Origin: Octopus vulgaris
Taxonomy: Eukaryota
Assembly: GCA_951406725.2 (NCBI GenBank)
Contig: OX597834.1
Coordinates: forward strand, 17,236,001 to 17,300,000
Length of the DNA stretch: 64,000 nucleotides
Reading direction: 5' to 3'
A program made the position numbers and the translations under genes. This document shows positions 26,962-40,020 of the stretch, in pieces. Each line of letters opens with the position of its first letter. Position 1 is the first letter of the stretch. The notes under the pieces are model-generated. The model was not told where the DNA came from, searched no databases, and saw only the letters and a program-made list of their open reading frames with translations.

Positions 26962-27575
26962 CCCAATATATATTATACACTCTCAGAGTGGTTGGCATTA
27001 GGAAGGGCATCCAGCTGTAGAAACTCTGCCAGATCAGATTGGAGCCTGGTGCAGCCATCTGGTTTTCCAGACCTCAGTCAAATTGTCCAACCCATGCACT
27101 GGGACTGAACCTAGAACCAATAATTATTTATCAGCTGGCAGAATTGTGAGTTGGGCAAAATGTCTAGTTTTCCTTCCTGTTTGTCTTGTTCAGAGCTCAA
27201 ATCATGTTGTGGTTGACTTTGCCTTTTATCTTGGGGTTGATGTAATCGGTTTATCCATCCCCTAAAATCAGTTTATTCATCCCCTAAAATTGCTGGCCTT
27301 GTACCAAAATTTGAAACCATTAATTATAGTTAATTGCTTTTTGTTTTTTGTATCATTTGTGGATATTGTTTTCATCAATTTTTTTCTTCTTTCACATTTT
27401 CAAATACTAATTGAGGTCAATTAGTAATATTAAAATAAGTAATTATTTTAAACATTTATTTTTAAGACTGTTTAACAACAACAAAAAGTTATTTTTCTTT
27501 CTTTTCATTCCACAAAAATAAAAATTTTTATAATTTTTTTTTTTATTTTCTTTTCCTTAATTTTGTCCTTTTTAG

Positions 27576-27781
27576 GCACCAACCCATTTACCGGAAGTGG
27601 AACGAACCCCTTTGAACAATCTACAGCCCGAGTGCCCCTGCGTCAAATGCAGCAGTCTCAACAACAGAGTTTCACCTCGGTGAACAATGCTGACGTGCTC
27701 CCAAGACCTCTCATTCCATTTAATACACCTCTACAGCCTGGTATACAGCAGCCAAATCAACCCAGCAATCCGTTTCTTTAA
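27576..27781 (+). CDS. EPN: Epsin, terminal coding exon with three NPF motifs
   Basis: Long polypyrimidine tract plus ttttag ending at 27575, phase 1. Encodes GTNPFTGSGTNPFEQ...SNPFL*; the C-terminal NPFL is typical of epsins. Confidence 0.92.
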
Positions 27782-28804
27782 CAGCAGTTTGTTTGACTGT
27801 CATGAACGATGACGATTTAAGGAATCCGTTCGAGGGTTTCTTTTGGTTTTTTGGTTGTTTTTTTTTTTGAAAACCAAACTCCTGTTTCTTTTCCTTTCTA
27901 TCTTCTCCTCCCTTTTTTTTTTTTTTCCTTATAACGACAAAATGGAACAAGAAGACAAACGGACGAGGAAAGAAAAAAAAAAACAGAAAGAAAGAAAGAA
28001 AGAAAATAAAGGGAAAAAAAAAAAAGCAAATATATTTAAAAATAAAAAACAAATAAACCAAGTTGGGGAAAAAAAAAATGGTGAGGAAAGATAAAAAAGA
28101 AAAACAACACGAAAAGACAAAGCAACAACTCTGAATACTGCTACTTGTAAAAACTAACCAATGACAAAAATAAGATATCTGTATCATCACAGTCTGTTTT
28201 AGTGATAGTGGTGATGATAGTAGTGGTGGTGGTGATGACGATGATGATGATGACAATGATGGCGGTGATGAGGATGGTGACCAGAGATGGTGGTGGTGCT
28301 ACATAAACAAGAAATAAGGAATATAACAAACTTTTACCTTTGTTTGTTCTGATGATTACCATTATTATAATTATTATTATTATTATGATTATTAATATTA
28401 TTATTCTCATTAATATTATTATTACTATTAATGTCGTTATTATATTCATTTATTATTGTTGTTATTTTTAATAAGAAATTTTGAAAAAAAATTAGGTGGG
28501 GTCGGGGTGGGATATTGATTGTCTTTTGCTACTCATCCCACCTGAAGAATCAGAATTGCACAATATGAGAGAGAGAGAGAGCGAGAGAGAGAGGATGGAT
28601 CTTGGGTGAAATTTTAATAAACACCAACAAAACTCCAAACACAGCACATATAACTTTGTGTGTGTGTATGTGTGTATGAATGCGAATATACACACGTGTA
28701 TATGTGTTTGTGAATAAACACACATGCTCTAATGTGTATATATATGTTTGTGAATGCAGGGATGTGAATACACAGTCGTACTATTGAGTGAGTGTTAGTG
28801 TATG

Positions 28805-28853
<49 letters not shown>

Positions 28854-29342
28854 GAGAATGTGTATGTCAGTATACATACATAATCTTGTGTATGTGTGAA
28901 TATACATACTCTTGCGTATGTGTGTGAGTCAGTGCAATCATACACACCACACACACACATGCACATACATACAATCATTCTTCCTTATATACCTAGTGGC
29001 TATTGAAAAGGAAAAATAAAAATAAATATGCAAAGTTAATCCTATTGGCGGGAAGAAACTATTTCGTTACTTGAAGCCATCAATGGAATTCTTGGATTCT
29101 TTCGTCTTTAACCAACCCAAATTCTTACATTTATTTAACCTTTTGAATTATTTCTTTTTTCTGTTTTTGCCATTACTTATTCTTTTTTTTTTTCTTTTTG
29201 TTTTTTTTTTTCATTTTATGTTTATTTTGGGTTTGTTTTTTTTTTTTAACCGTAACAGCAGCAAGAATAAAACTTAAATATTGATATATAAAAATCAAAA
29301 TATGGCTCGGATTGCATTTATATTTTCATACACACACTCACA

Positions 29343-29344
<2 letters not shown>

Positions 29345-29402
<58 letters not shown>

Positions 29403-29752
29403 CACACACACATATTCATATGTATGTGTGGTATATGATATACACCCATCCACACATACAATTTTTTAACCTGAGGTGACAATGGAAGAATGTCTGCTGT
29501 ACTTCTTCTGAAGGAATCACTACTTACTACAATTCTATTTCCTTATTTTATAAATCTTTTATTATAGATTTTACTTCGTGTGTATGTATGTATGTATGTG
29601 TGTGTGTGTGTTTAAAATATACTGGAGATTCTAGTCTGACATATCCTCATCTTTTCATCCTTCCTTCACACACATGTATGTTTGGGTGTATATGTATGCG
29701 TATATATATATATATATGTGTGTGTGTGTATATATATATGAATATGTATGTG

Positions 29753-29798
<46 letters not shown>

Positions 29799-29990
29799 TA
29801 TGTATGTGTGTGTATATATATGAATATGTGTGTACATATATATATATATGAATGTATATATATATACGTGTGTGTGTGTGTGTAATATATCTACATATGT
29901 TTGTCTGTTTAAATATACATATGAATGTGTGTTTATATATACATGTGTGTGTGTATATGTGTATATACAAATGTATATACATTTGTGTGT
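29345..29990. repeat. (TA)n/(TG)n microsatellite blocks
   Basis: Long TA and TG dinucleotide runs at 29345-29400 and 29690-29990. Confidence 0.9.
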
Positions 29991-31075
29991 ATATTTCCAT
30001 AGGTATATATATATATGGGGGGGGGGTTGCTTATTTGTTTTATTTTTAATTTTATTTAATTTTATTTTTGAAAATATAGTATGAGACATTAATAATAATA
30101 ATAATAATAATAATATCCTGCTATGTTGGTATGAGTTCTGAAATATCTTTGAAAAAATTGCTTTTCTGTAAATTTTGTACTTAACGCTATCATTCACTTC
30201 GTATAAATGACAACATTTTACAGTTTCGGCTTCATGTATATCTTTGCTAGAGACAAACAACAACAGCAGCAACCAACAACAACAACAACACCTTATTGCC
30301 TGCATGTTCACTTGCTTCTCAACTAATTAAAAATAAAAAAAACCCAGAAACAAAACAAAAACAAAACAAAAAAAAAAAAACAAGTAAATTTATTGGGGAG
30401 TGGAGTGGACTGGTGGGGACAAATCAGAAACGTGGTCAACTTCTAAATTGACAGCAACCAATACTGAAGGCAACAATGATAAAAAAGGAGGTGAAATTGC
30501 AAGCAAGAAAGTAGGGAGATATCTGTGAATACCATTTGGAAGGTGGGGATTGTTTTCTCTTTTTTTTTTTTTTTTCGTCATTTCAATTCAAATTCTACCT
30601 CTTCCCTCCAGAATTTGCCAAAACAAACAAACAACAAAAAAAAAAATGAAAAAAAAAAATTAAAGAAACAAAGATCCTGTATTGCATATTTTCTAATATT
30701 TGATGTGGACATCAAAACTAAAATCAAACTATTTTATTATTATACACACACACACACACACTGAAAGTATTGTTTTCTGCCCTCTTCAACGCTCCCCCAC
30801 TTCTTTCTCTGATGATGCCCTTTCTGTACCCAGCTTTTCTCCAGTCTTTAGTCCACCCCCTACCTGCCCCTTTCCTCCCACTGTTCATCTCTACCCCCCC
30901 ATCTGACACCATGGCATTTTCTGAAAGGGACTTTTTAGTTTATTATTAACAGAAACTTATTGTTAATCTGTATATTAAGCTCATGTTGATAATAAAGATA
31001 ATAATCAGATAAGGTGTGTGTAAAAGAAAAAACAAAAAAAAGCGAACTAGGAAACATGTTACACATGTATATGTT

Positions 31076-31110
<35 letters not shown>

Positions 31111-31118
<8 letters not shown>

Positions 31119-31388
31119 AAGAAAAAAAGTCAAGGTAGAAAATGCTAAAATAATTTTATAAAAAACATTTCAGTACCGGTTTCAGTCATAGACTTTTTCA
31201 ACTGTAAGTACAGAAAACAATGAAATTTTGGAAAAATTAAATTTTTAAAAAATTTTAATTTTTCCCAAATTTAAGTGCTTTCCGTACTTACTGTTGAAAA
31301 AGTCTCAATGACTGAAACCGGTACTGAAATGTTTTTTATAAAATTATTTTAGCATTTTCTACTTTGACTTTTTTTTTCCCATATATAT
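31111..31388. repeat. Imperfect ~280-bp palindrome (inverted element ends)
   Basis: ggaagaaaaaaagtcaaggtagaaaatgctaaaataattttataaaaaacatttcagtaccggtttcagtcat... is mirrored by ...atgactgaaaccggtactgaaatgttttttataaaattattttagcattttctactttgac; centre ~31248; embedded in (TA)n. Confidence 0.9.
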
Positions 31389-31422
31389 CAACTTGTGTGT
31401 TCCTTTTCAATCTTCTACATAC

Positions 31423-31459
<37 letters not shown>

Positions 31460-33879
31460 TATGTTCATGTTTAGCTAACATGAAATATTCTGAATTTTGC
31501 AATTAAGGCAAATGAACAGGCACTCAATTTCCCCGAAGTCATTGGCATATAACGTCGCTAGTTTCTATTTAACTCAAACACTTTTTTTTATATTTCATTA
31601 TAGTTTCATTATTTATTTACATATATGAGAAATATGTCATTTGTCATTTCATAGAAGTACTTCAGAGTCTGGCATTCACTTAAAAGTTAAACAAGAGACG
31701 AAAAATCAGGACAAACAAACATTTGAGGGGTAAACACTGAGGATGTTGTTGTACTCCGTCTTTGAATGCAGGAATCGATATTCTCATGAGGCAGTGAAGC
31801 AGCTCCATAGGTGCTTTGATCACTGGCATCACAGCACTAAAGCTGTTTGGAACCATCTACTGCTATAAGCAACAAAACTCCCATACAGCAACACAAACCT
31901 TGCTGAGTCAGATGTTGTGGCTTCTGGGCCAGATGTTTCTGCCACCCGCAATGCTCATTCTCACTTAAACCACTGCAGATGTAATGGCTTTCATTCTCAG
32001 CAGCTTCTGACAATTTCTAACAATGATTTTTTTTTTTTTGTCCTTTTTGTTTCAAAATGTCTATTTTTGAAAGTGGAAGGTTTGGATGTATTAAGTCCTC
32101 ATCATAATTTCAACAAAGCCAGTGTACAGTCTTAGCAAACTGTGAACTAGTTTTCTTTCTAATTGAAACTAGGATTTTTTTTTTTTTTTTTAAATTAAAT
32201 ATTACATTGCCTGTTCTCTTGAAAAAGGCAAGTCCCTTCGACCCTTCCCCTCTAAATATTTACTGTTTTATACCTTTCATGTAATAAAGTATTATTTTAA
32301 ACAGCGTGTAACCTCCTAGATTTTTCAATATTTCAATCCTGTTATCCCTCTCCACTATTTAAAAATACAAAAATTTTTTTTTTTAAATTTATTAATTTGT
32401 TATCTACCCAGAGCTTTAATTACTGATGTGAGCTTCCTTTTTGTGTGTGCTACCACTATCATCACTACCACCACTACCACCACCACCACCACCCCTACGA
32501 CCAGTTTCACTGTGACCACCACCACCACCACCACTATAATTTCCTGCTGTCATTCCAAAACCCCTCATGTTCAAAGCTACTGATTTGTGCGGTTGATCTT
32601 CCTTGCTAACAAAAAAAAAAAAAGACTGCATTTGTTCCTATCTACATGTACGCTTGTTGGGAACTTGCCTTTTGCTATTACACAAAACCCACCCCTCCCC
32701 TTTCCTATTTTTACCCTTTTTTTTTTTTTTTAATATTTTTCCTTTCTTTGATTTTGTATAATTTCAGGAAAAAAAAATCTCATCAAATTTTTTTTTTTTG
32801 TTATTTTTATTAAATCTAAACAAAGTATAATTTATAAAAAATATTAATACTGATAATAATAACAGCAAAAAAACAAAAAACAAAATGAAATTTTAAGAAA
32901 TACAAATGTGTGCATGAAGTTGTTACTGAGTCCAGACACGACCATCTGGTTAAGGAGTTTATTTCATAACCATATGGTTTTGTATGTGATGCCATTGCAC
33001 AGCAGCAACACCTTGGGCAAGTGTCTTCTACCACAGCCTCCAGCATGGCCTGTACCTTGTAAGTGAAATTTGGAAAAAGAAAATTGTGTGGGAGCTCATC
33101 GCGTGTGTATATGTGTGTATATATACATATGTGTATATATGCGTGTGTATATGTGTATGTATGTATATGTTTCGCTGCGTATGTATGTGTGTATATATGT
33201 ATATATGCATGTATGTGTGTGTGTATATATAGATATAGGTATATATACACACACGTGTATGTATGTAAATTAATGCTAATCAAAAATACCTGGTGGTATT
33301 GAAATATGTCCCTTTATCTCAAAGGATGACCAAGCCAGTCAATTAATTAACTTACGTTGATAAAAATTAATACTGGGCTAAGTACTTGGATCGATACCAT
33401 TGACTGGAGAAACGGGGGGGAATGCCTTGAAGGTGATGCTCCAGCATGGCCATAATGCAGTACATTGAATAAAAAGTACTGCAGTGTGTTTTTGTATTTT
33501 AGGAGAGGCTGCAGCCGAGTAACAATTATTTGGGCTTTACAAGTACACGCAGGTTGATTCTCGCCATAGTTATTATATATTTTCTAAATGTCGCATGGAG
33601 TTTGAGGTATTCAAAGCTATCTTATTAAACCATAATTATTATTATTGCTGTTGTTGTTGTTGTTATTATTATGGTGGTAGTGGTGGTGGGAAGGGAGAGT
33701 CAAAAGTAAACATGTATGTATGTATGTGTATACATACAGACAACCAAGTGATTTTTTAAAACTTTTTGTTTCCAGAACTATTTGCTGATTTAAACTAACT
33801 TCCAATAGTCCATAGAAATCTGGATCATTTTGCTGTTTGGGATTTTACTCCAACACTACATACTTGCGCTCACACACTT

Positions 33880-34105
33880 GTATATATGTATGTGTATATA
33901 TATATATATATGTGCACACATACACATACATGTATATAGAGACTTTTGTATATATACGTATGTATATGCTTATATATATATATATACATTTGTGTATATA
34001 TGTTTATATATATATACATTTGTGTATTATGTTTATATATATATATATATATATACATTTGTGTATATATGTTTATATATATATATACATTTGTGTATAT
34101 ATGTT

Positions 34106-34148
<43 letters not shown>

Positions 34149-34500
34149 TTGTGTATATATGTTTATGTATATATATATATATATTTGTGTATATATGTTT
34201 ATTTATATATATATATATATTATTTGTGTATATATGTTTATTTATATATATACATATTTGTGTATATATGTTTATTTATATATATACACATTTGTGTATA
34301 TATGTTTATATATATATATACATATTTGTGTATATATGTTTATTTATATATATACAAATTTGTGTATATATGTTTATATATATATATACAAATTTGTGTA
34401 TATATGTTTATTTATATATATACATATTTGTGTATATATGTTTATTTATATATATACATATTTGTGTATATATGTTTATTTATATATACACGTACACACA
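33880..34500. repeat. ~34-bp TA-rich minisatellite
   Basis: Units of tttgtgtatatatgtttatttatatatatacata. Confidence 0.95.
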
Positions 34501-35940
34501 CACTTTTGTGTATATACTTGTTTATATACATGCTTACACCCACACACACAAATATATATTTCATATATGGATTGATCTTTAACTGATTCATTCTCCTGAC
34601 CATCATGGTTTAATACCGTTCTTCCAAGTAATTTTTGTTTGCCATACTGACCACTGGCTATTATAGGCTTTACATGTATGCATGAATGTGTGTATGTATA
34701 TGTGTGTATGCATTATGAGTGCGTATGTATATGCATGTATTTGCGTATGTGTGTGTATATGCATGATGTTTGTGTGTGTATGTGTGTGTGTGTATATATA
34801 ACATCCTCAGAAGAAAAAGAATCAAAATAATTTATCTTTTCAGGGCAAAACTCAGAGAAAACATCTGTGAAAACCATAGTTCTACTGTGGTTATTATTAT
34901 TATTATAAAGGTGGTGAGTTCACAGAATTGTTAGCATGCTGGACAAAATGCTTTGCAGTATTTTGCCTGTCACTACGTTCTGAGTTCAAATTCCGCCGAG
35001 ATCAACTTTACCTTTCATCCTTTCGGTGGGATCGATAAATTAAGTACCAGTCATGTACTGGGGTTGACGTGATTGACTTTACTGCTCCTGCAAAATTTCA
35101 AGTTATTACTATTGTTATTCCCAAGGTGGCGAGCTGGCAGAATCGTTAGCATGCTGAGGGAAATGCTTAGCGTTAATCTGACCATCGCTACATTCTGAGT
35201 TCAAATTCCGCCAAGGTCGACTTTACCTTTCATCCTTTGGGGTCGATAAAATAAATACCAGTTGAACTCTGGGGCCACTATAATCAACTTATCCCCACCT
35301 CCCCTAAGCTGCCTTTGTAGCAAAAATTTGAAATAATTATTATTGTTATTATTATTATTATTATTATTAACTCCGGTTTGAGTAGTTTTTCTTTACGTTT
35401 GCATAAACGTGAATGCACATTTGTGAGAGTAAATGTGTTTATATATAGATGTATATATATATATCTATATGCATAACTGCGTGTGCGTAACTGTTAATAT
35501 TTATATTTTTTTTGTTTTCATTTCAACATCTGAACAACAAATGAATAAAAAAACTAAACTAAAATAAAATAAATCTACACAAAAAAGAAATTGGTGAGAA
35601 ACAAAGAAAGAAGAGGCTTAGAGCTGATTCCTATCTGTGAAGTAGTTCTATTTTCTAATAATCGCTTTGTGTCCGCAAATGAACTGAATTCATTTTGCAC
35701 AAATTTATATTCTCTTAAAAAGACATTTCGAAACAGTTCCTGAGAAATAAAATTGCTTGGGCTTCATTAATAATAAGAACAGTATTTCTTTTCCTCACTC
35801 CTGTGTTGTGTTTGTGGATACATTTTTCAGCTGAAAAGAAAATTTAAATTGTACAGAACTTGAGAGTTTGTAGACAAAGAGATAACCTGTGATTTAAATG
35901 CACTGCTAACACAGTAGTACACTGTATTGGCTTATAAGAA

Positions 35941-36172
35941 GGTGAGCTGGCAGAAACGTTAGCATGCCGGGCGAAATGCTTAGCGGTATTTCGTCTGCGT
36001 TACGTTGTGAGTTCAAATTCCGCCGAGGTCGACTTTGCTTTTCATCCTTTCAGGGTCGATAAATTAAATACCAGTTACGAACTGGGGTCGATGTAATCGA
36101 CTTAATACCTATGTCTGTCCTTGTTTGTCTCCTCTGTGTTTAGCCCCTTGTGGGTAATAAAGAAATAGGTAT
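35941..36172 (+). mobile_element. Young Nin/Deu-domain-like tRNA SINE with long TSD
   Basis: Flanked by the direct repeat gtattggcttataagaaggt (35924-35943 and 36169-36188). Near-identical copies at 49013-49240 and 49326-49533. Confidence 0.88.
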
Positions 36173-36353
36173 TGGCTTATAAGAAGGTTTAATATATTTT
36201 GTAGCATACTATGGTTGCATAACAAAATACCGTGTGCCTACAAGTCATTAAAAGAGATTATGATTTGTGTGTGTGTGTGTGCATGCGTGCGTGCAACTGT
36301 ATGATGCTGGAGGTGTCTACGAGTTTATCATCATAATGTCTTTCTTTTTTTAA

Positions 36354-36574
36354 CCCTTTAGTGTTCACATTATTCTGCCGAAACTAATGCTTCTTTATCC
36401 ACATTGTTTTGAACTAATCATGCATTATCTCGTAGCTATGAGATTTTGAGGAGGTAGCTGTTAATTTTTAAAAGGATATTGTAGGGTTGGTGTGAGAGGC
36501 CAGATCTGGCCAGTTTGAACATAAAACAGGCAGAATACCTTTGGCCGGATATGGCTGGTTTAAATGCTAAAGGG
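36354..36574. mobile_element. piggyBac-type MITE
   Basis: TTAA-CCCTTTAG...CTAAAGGG-TTAA. Relatives at ~13748, ~15950-16292, ~55405 and 59696-60422. Confidence 0.85.
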
Positions 36575-37009
36575 TTAAAGGTGTAGGGTGTAGTCCAAGG
36601 GGGAAATTTGCCTCCAAATAAACTTGAAGAGCCAACATACGATGGTGAATGAATGAATGCATGTCTTTATCTTTTCTTTCAGTCAGTGGAGCACGGCCAT
36701 GCTGGGGCACTACCCTGAAGAGTTTACTCAAACCAAATCGACCCCAGAAATTTCTTTTTTTTTCTTTCTTCTTTTAAGGCTAGTATCTACTCCATTGGTT
36801 CTCTTGCCAAACTGCTAAGTTGGGGGTGGGCGTAAACAAGCCAACACCGGATGAAGTGCAGCAGCGGAGGACCAACACAAAGAGATACACACATGTATAT
36901 TACATAAGTGTGTATTTGTGTTATATTAAAAAGCAGTTTGTTTAATTACACTATTTTTTTCCATCCTTTGGTGACCCGAGATGTGTTTTTATAATAGTAA
37001 TGAAATTAT

Positions 37010-37345
37010 TGTATACAGTGCTCAGGTGCACCACAACTTGTCAGAGTATATGCAGTAATGTACAGATGTCTGGAAAGCAAACAATGCATGAGTCAGACAC
37101 ATGCTTGTGTATGTATGGAGGAGAGAAAATCAGGTGCAGTGTTGGCGAATCTCAGAAAGCATGGAAGTTTTGAGAAAATCAGGTGCAGTGTTTGCGAATC
37201 CCAGAAAGCATGGAAGTCCCGAAGGATGCAGCGCTCCAACAACCGATGCCGGCAGCCTGTTCCATGCTTCAGCAACTCTCAGCGTGAAAAAATGTTTCTT
37301 GAAGTCATGGGAGCTGTGCTGTCCCCCAACTTTGCAAATATGTTT
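37010..37345 (-). mobile_element. CR1/L2-like LINE 3' end fragment
   Basis: KHFFTLRVAEAWNRLP motif; same family as 42930-43340. Confidence 0.75.
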
Positions 37346-38717
37346 TAATAAAACATATTGGCACTTAGTCCCAACACACATGAAGTTGATAATATACTGG
37401 GTTTGGGAAAAAAAGAATAATAAATATATTCTGATAAAATAAACTTCATCAATAGTTTCTCCCCTGGTCTTCTTGTTATAAATCATTATTATAACTAAGA
37501 TGGCAAGCTGAGAGAATTGCTAGCACTCCAGGCAAAATGCTTAGCAGCATTTCATCTGTCTTTACGTTCTGAGTTCAAATGTTGCCAGGACTGACTTGGC
37601 CTTTCATCCCTTTCAGGGTCGATAAAGTCGGGGTCAACTTTGCCTTTTATCCCCTTCAGAATCAATAAAATAAGTACCAGTTGAACACCGGGGTGGAATT
37701 AATTGACTTACCCACTTCTCTGAAATTGCTGGCCTTCTGCCAAAATTTGAAATCATCATTATTACTACTAATATTATTATTATTCAAGGTGGTGAGCTCG
37801 CAGAATTGTTAGCCTACCAGGCAAAATACATAGAAGTGTTTCATCTGTCTATGTTCTAAGTTCAAATGTTGCCAGGATCGACTTTCCTCCCTTTCGGGGG
37901 TCAATAAAATAACTACCAGTTGAACTTTGGGGTCGATGTAATCGACTAGTCCCCTCCCCCCAAATTTCAGGTCTTGTGCCTATAGTAGAAAGAATTATTA
38001 TTGTTGTTGAAGGTGATGATTTGGCAGAATCATTAACATGCTGGGTAAAATGCTTAGCGGTATTTCGGCCATCCTTTATGTTCTTAGTTCTGGCCGATGC
38101 CCCGAACGTGGCCGATGCCAGCGCTGCCTCGACTGGCTCCAGTGCCAGTGGCACATAAAAAGCACCATCCGGTGGCACGTTAAAAGCTCCAACCGATTGT
38201 GGCCGATGCCGGACCCCCCCCTAGCACCTGTGCAGGTGGCACGTAAAAAGCACCCACTACACTCGCAGAGTGATTGGCGTTAGGAAGGGCATCCAGCTGT
38301 AGAAACTCTGCCAGATCAGACTGGAGCCTGGTTCAGCCCCTGGCTTCCCAGACCCCGGTCGAACCGTCCAACCCGTGCTAGCGCGGAAAACGGACGTTAA
38401 ACGATGATGATGATGATGTTGACTTTGCCTTTCATCCTTTCGGGGTCTATGAATTAAGTATCAGTGAAACACTGGGGATGATGTAATCAACTAGTCCCCT
38501 CCCCACAAAATTTCAGGCCTTGTTCCTCATGTAGAAAGGATTATTATTGTTGTTACTACTACTGAGGTGAAATGCTTCATGGTATTTCATCCATCTTCAC
38601 TTTCTGAGTTCGAATGTCACCAGGGTCAACAAAATAAGTACTAGTGGAACACTGGGGTCAGTTTTATTGACAGAGTTCCTCCTTAAAACCTGCTGACCAT
38701 GTGCCAAAATTTGAAAC

Positions 38718-38991
38718 TGTAGCGGTCTCTGATATCCTCACTGTTTGAGAGACACGGCAGGAATGATCTCGTTTGAGATTACAGCCATCTTTGGCCGAGT
38801 TGTTCCTGTTGTAACCACTAACCTGATTGGTTGACATGTGGTGCGAAATAAGTAGAGATATTTCGCACCACATGTCAACCAATCAGGTTAGTGGTTACAA
38901 CAGGAACAACTCGGCCAAAGATGGCTGTAATCTCAAACGAGATCATTCCTGCCGTGTCTCTCAAACAGTGAGGATATCAGAGACCGCTACA
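38718..38991. mobile_element. Perfect 274-bp palindromic element, TGT...ACA termini, 4-bp TSD (Ginger-like MITE)
   Basis: 133-bp arms (38718-38850, 38859-38991) with 8-nt loop AGTAGAGA; AAAC duplicated at 38714-38717 and 38992-38995; inserted in a SINE tail. Confidence 0.88.
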
Positions 38992-39379
38992 AAACCATTA
39001 TTATTAATGTTATTACAAATTTCAGGTCTTGCGTCTGTTGTAGAAAGGATTAATATTCCAAAGTCAGTGAACTGGCCGAATCATTGATATGTTAAACAAA
39101 ATGCTTAGAAGCATTTGTTGCAGTTCTTTACAATGTGGGTTCAAATACTGCCTTTCATCATTTCAGGGTCAATAAATAAAATTTAATCTTTTTTTTTTTA
39201 AATGTACCATTTAAGCACTTGGGTCCTTGCCGAAATTTTGCTGGCCTGAATTTGAAACAATTATTCCCATTAGGGCAGATGAGATCCCTGGACTAATAAA
39301 ATCAATACTATGAAATGTAAAATAAACTAAAAGCCTTGCAGTATTTGGTTGTGTTGAGTTATATTCTGATTTCTAATCT

Positions 39380-40020
39380 CACTAATGTTGACTTCATGAA
39401 TTCAGGGTATTTTAATGTCTATTTTCTTGGCACATTCAATTCCATCGTTTATATAAGTGAGGGCAGATAGCGTTGTCAGTGTTGTTCTGAGGTCCTGAGT
39501 ATTTTCATCAGACAGTTTTGTGCAAATCCTTTTTACTAAATTAAAAGGAATATTTCTTTTGCGGTGTTTCAGGTGGCAGTAACTCAACTGAAGATATTGC
39601 TTTGAGTCCATTGGTTTATGATAAATGCCGGTTACAATTTGGTTGTTGACTTTTTTCTCAGAATATCCTAAGAAAGGGAATTGTTCTCTGCTATATTCCA
39701 TTGTAAACTGAATGCTTGGATTTATACTATTTAGTATTTATTTAAATTCCGAAAGTTTATCAATGGTCTCATTCCAAATGATAAAGCAGTCATCGAGATA
39801 TCTTTCCCAGTTCTCTGGGATCAATGTAATCAACTTAATCCCTTTGTCTGTCCCCTCTATGTTTAGCCCCCTGTGGGCAACAACGAAATAAATATATATA
39901 TGTGCATAATAAGTAGCTTCCAAGATTTGAAATCCAGCCTTGATTTTTTTCTACCAGTTCCTGTCTATTGTTCTCGACTTTTGCACAGAAAGTTATGAGA
40001 TTCATTTGTATAACCAATAA
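39380..40020 (-). mobile_element. Penelope-like retroelement RT fragment (decayed, interrupted by a SINE tail)
   Basis: WERYLDDCFIIW, FPFLG and IYHKPMDSKQYL..SYCH.KH.KRNIPF.L.KRIC motifs typical of PLE RT/thumb. SINE tail at ~39818-39895. Confidence 0.8.

Larger units (their letters stand above)
27782..32310 (+). other. Probable long epsin 3' UTR
   Basis: Follows the stop codon and is rich in A/U tracts and microsatellites but lacks the SINEs that fill the introns. AATAAA at ~29015, ~30991 and ~32283; it may extend to ~35746. Confidence 0.5.

Noticed and set aside
27843-28094. Hydrophobic plus Lys-rich small protein after the epsin stop
   Set aside because: Produced by poly-T and poly-A tracts of the 3' UTR.
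33830-34586. 200-250 aa Y/I/C/V-rich ORFs
   Set aside because: These are translations of a TA-rich minisatellite in all frames; likewise at 23383-23873, 29588-30311, 32816-33302 and 47300-47799.
38664-39087. Two near-identical ORFs on opposite strands
   Set aside because: A by-product of the perfect palindrome; no coding signature.
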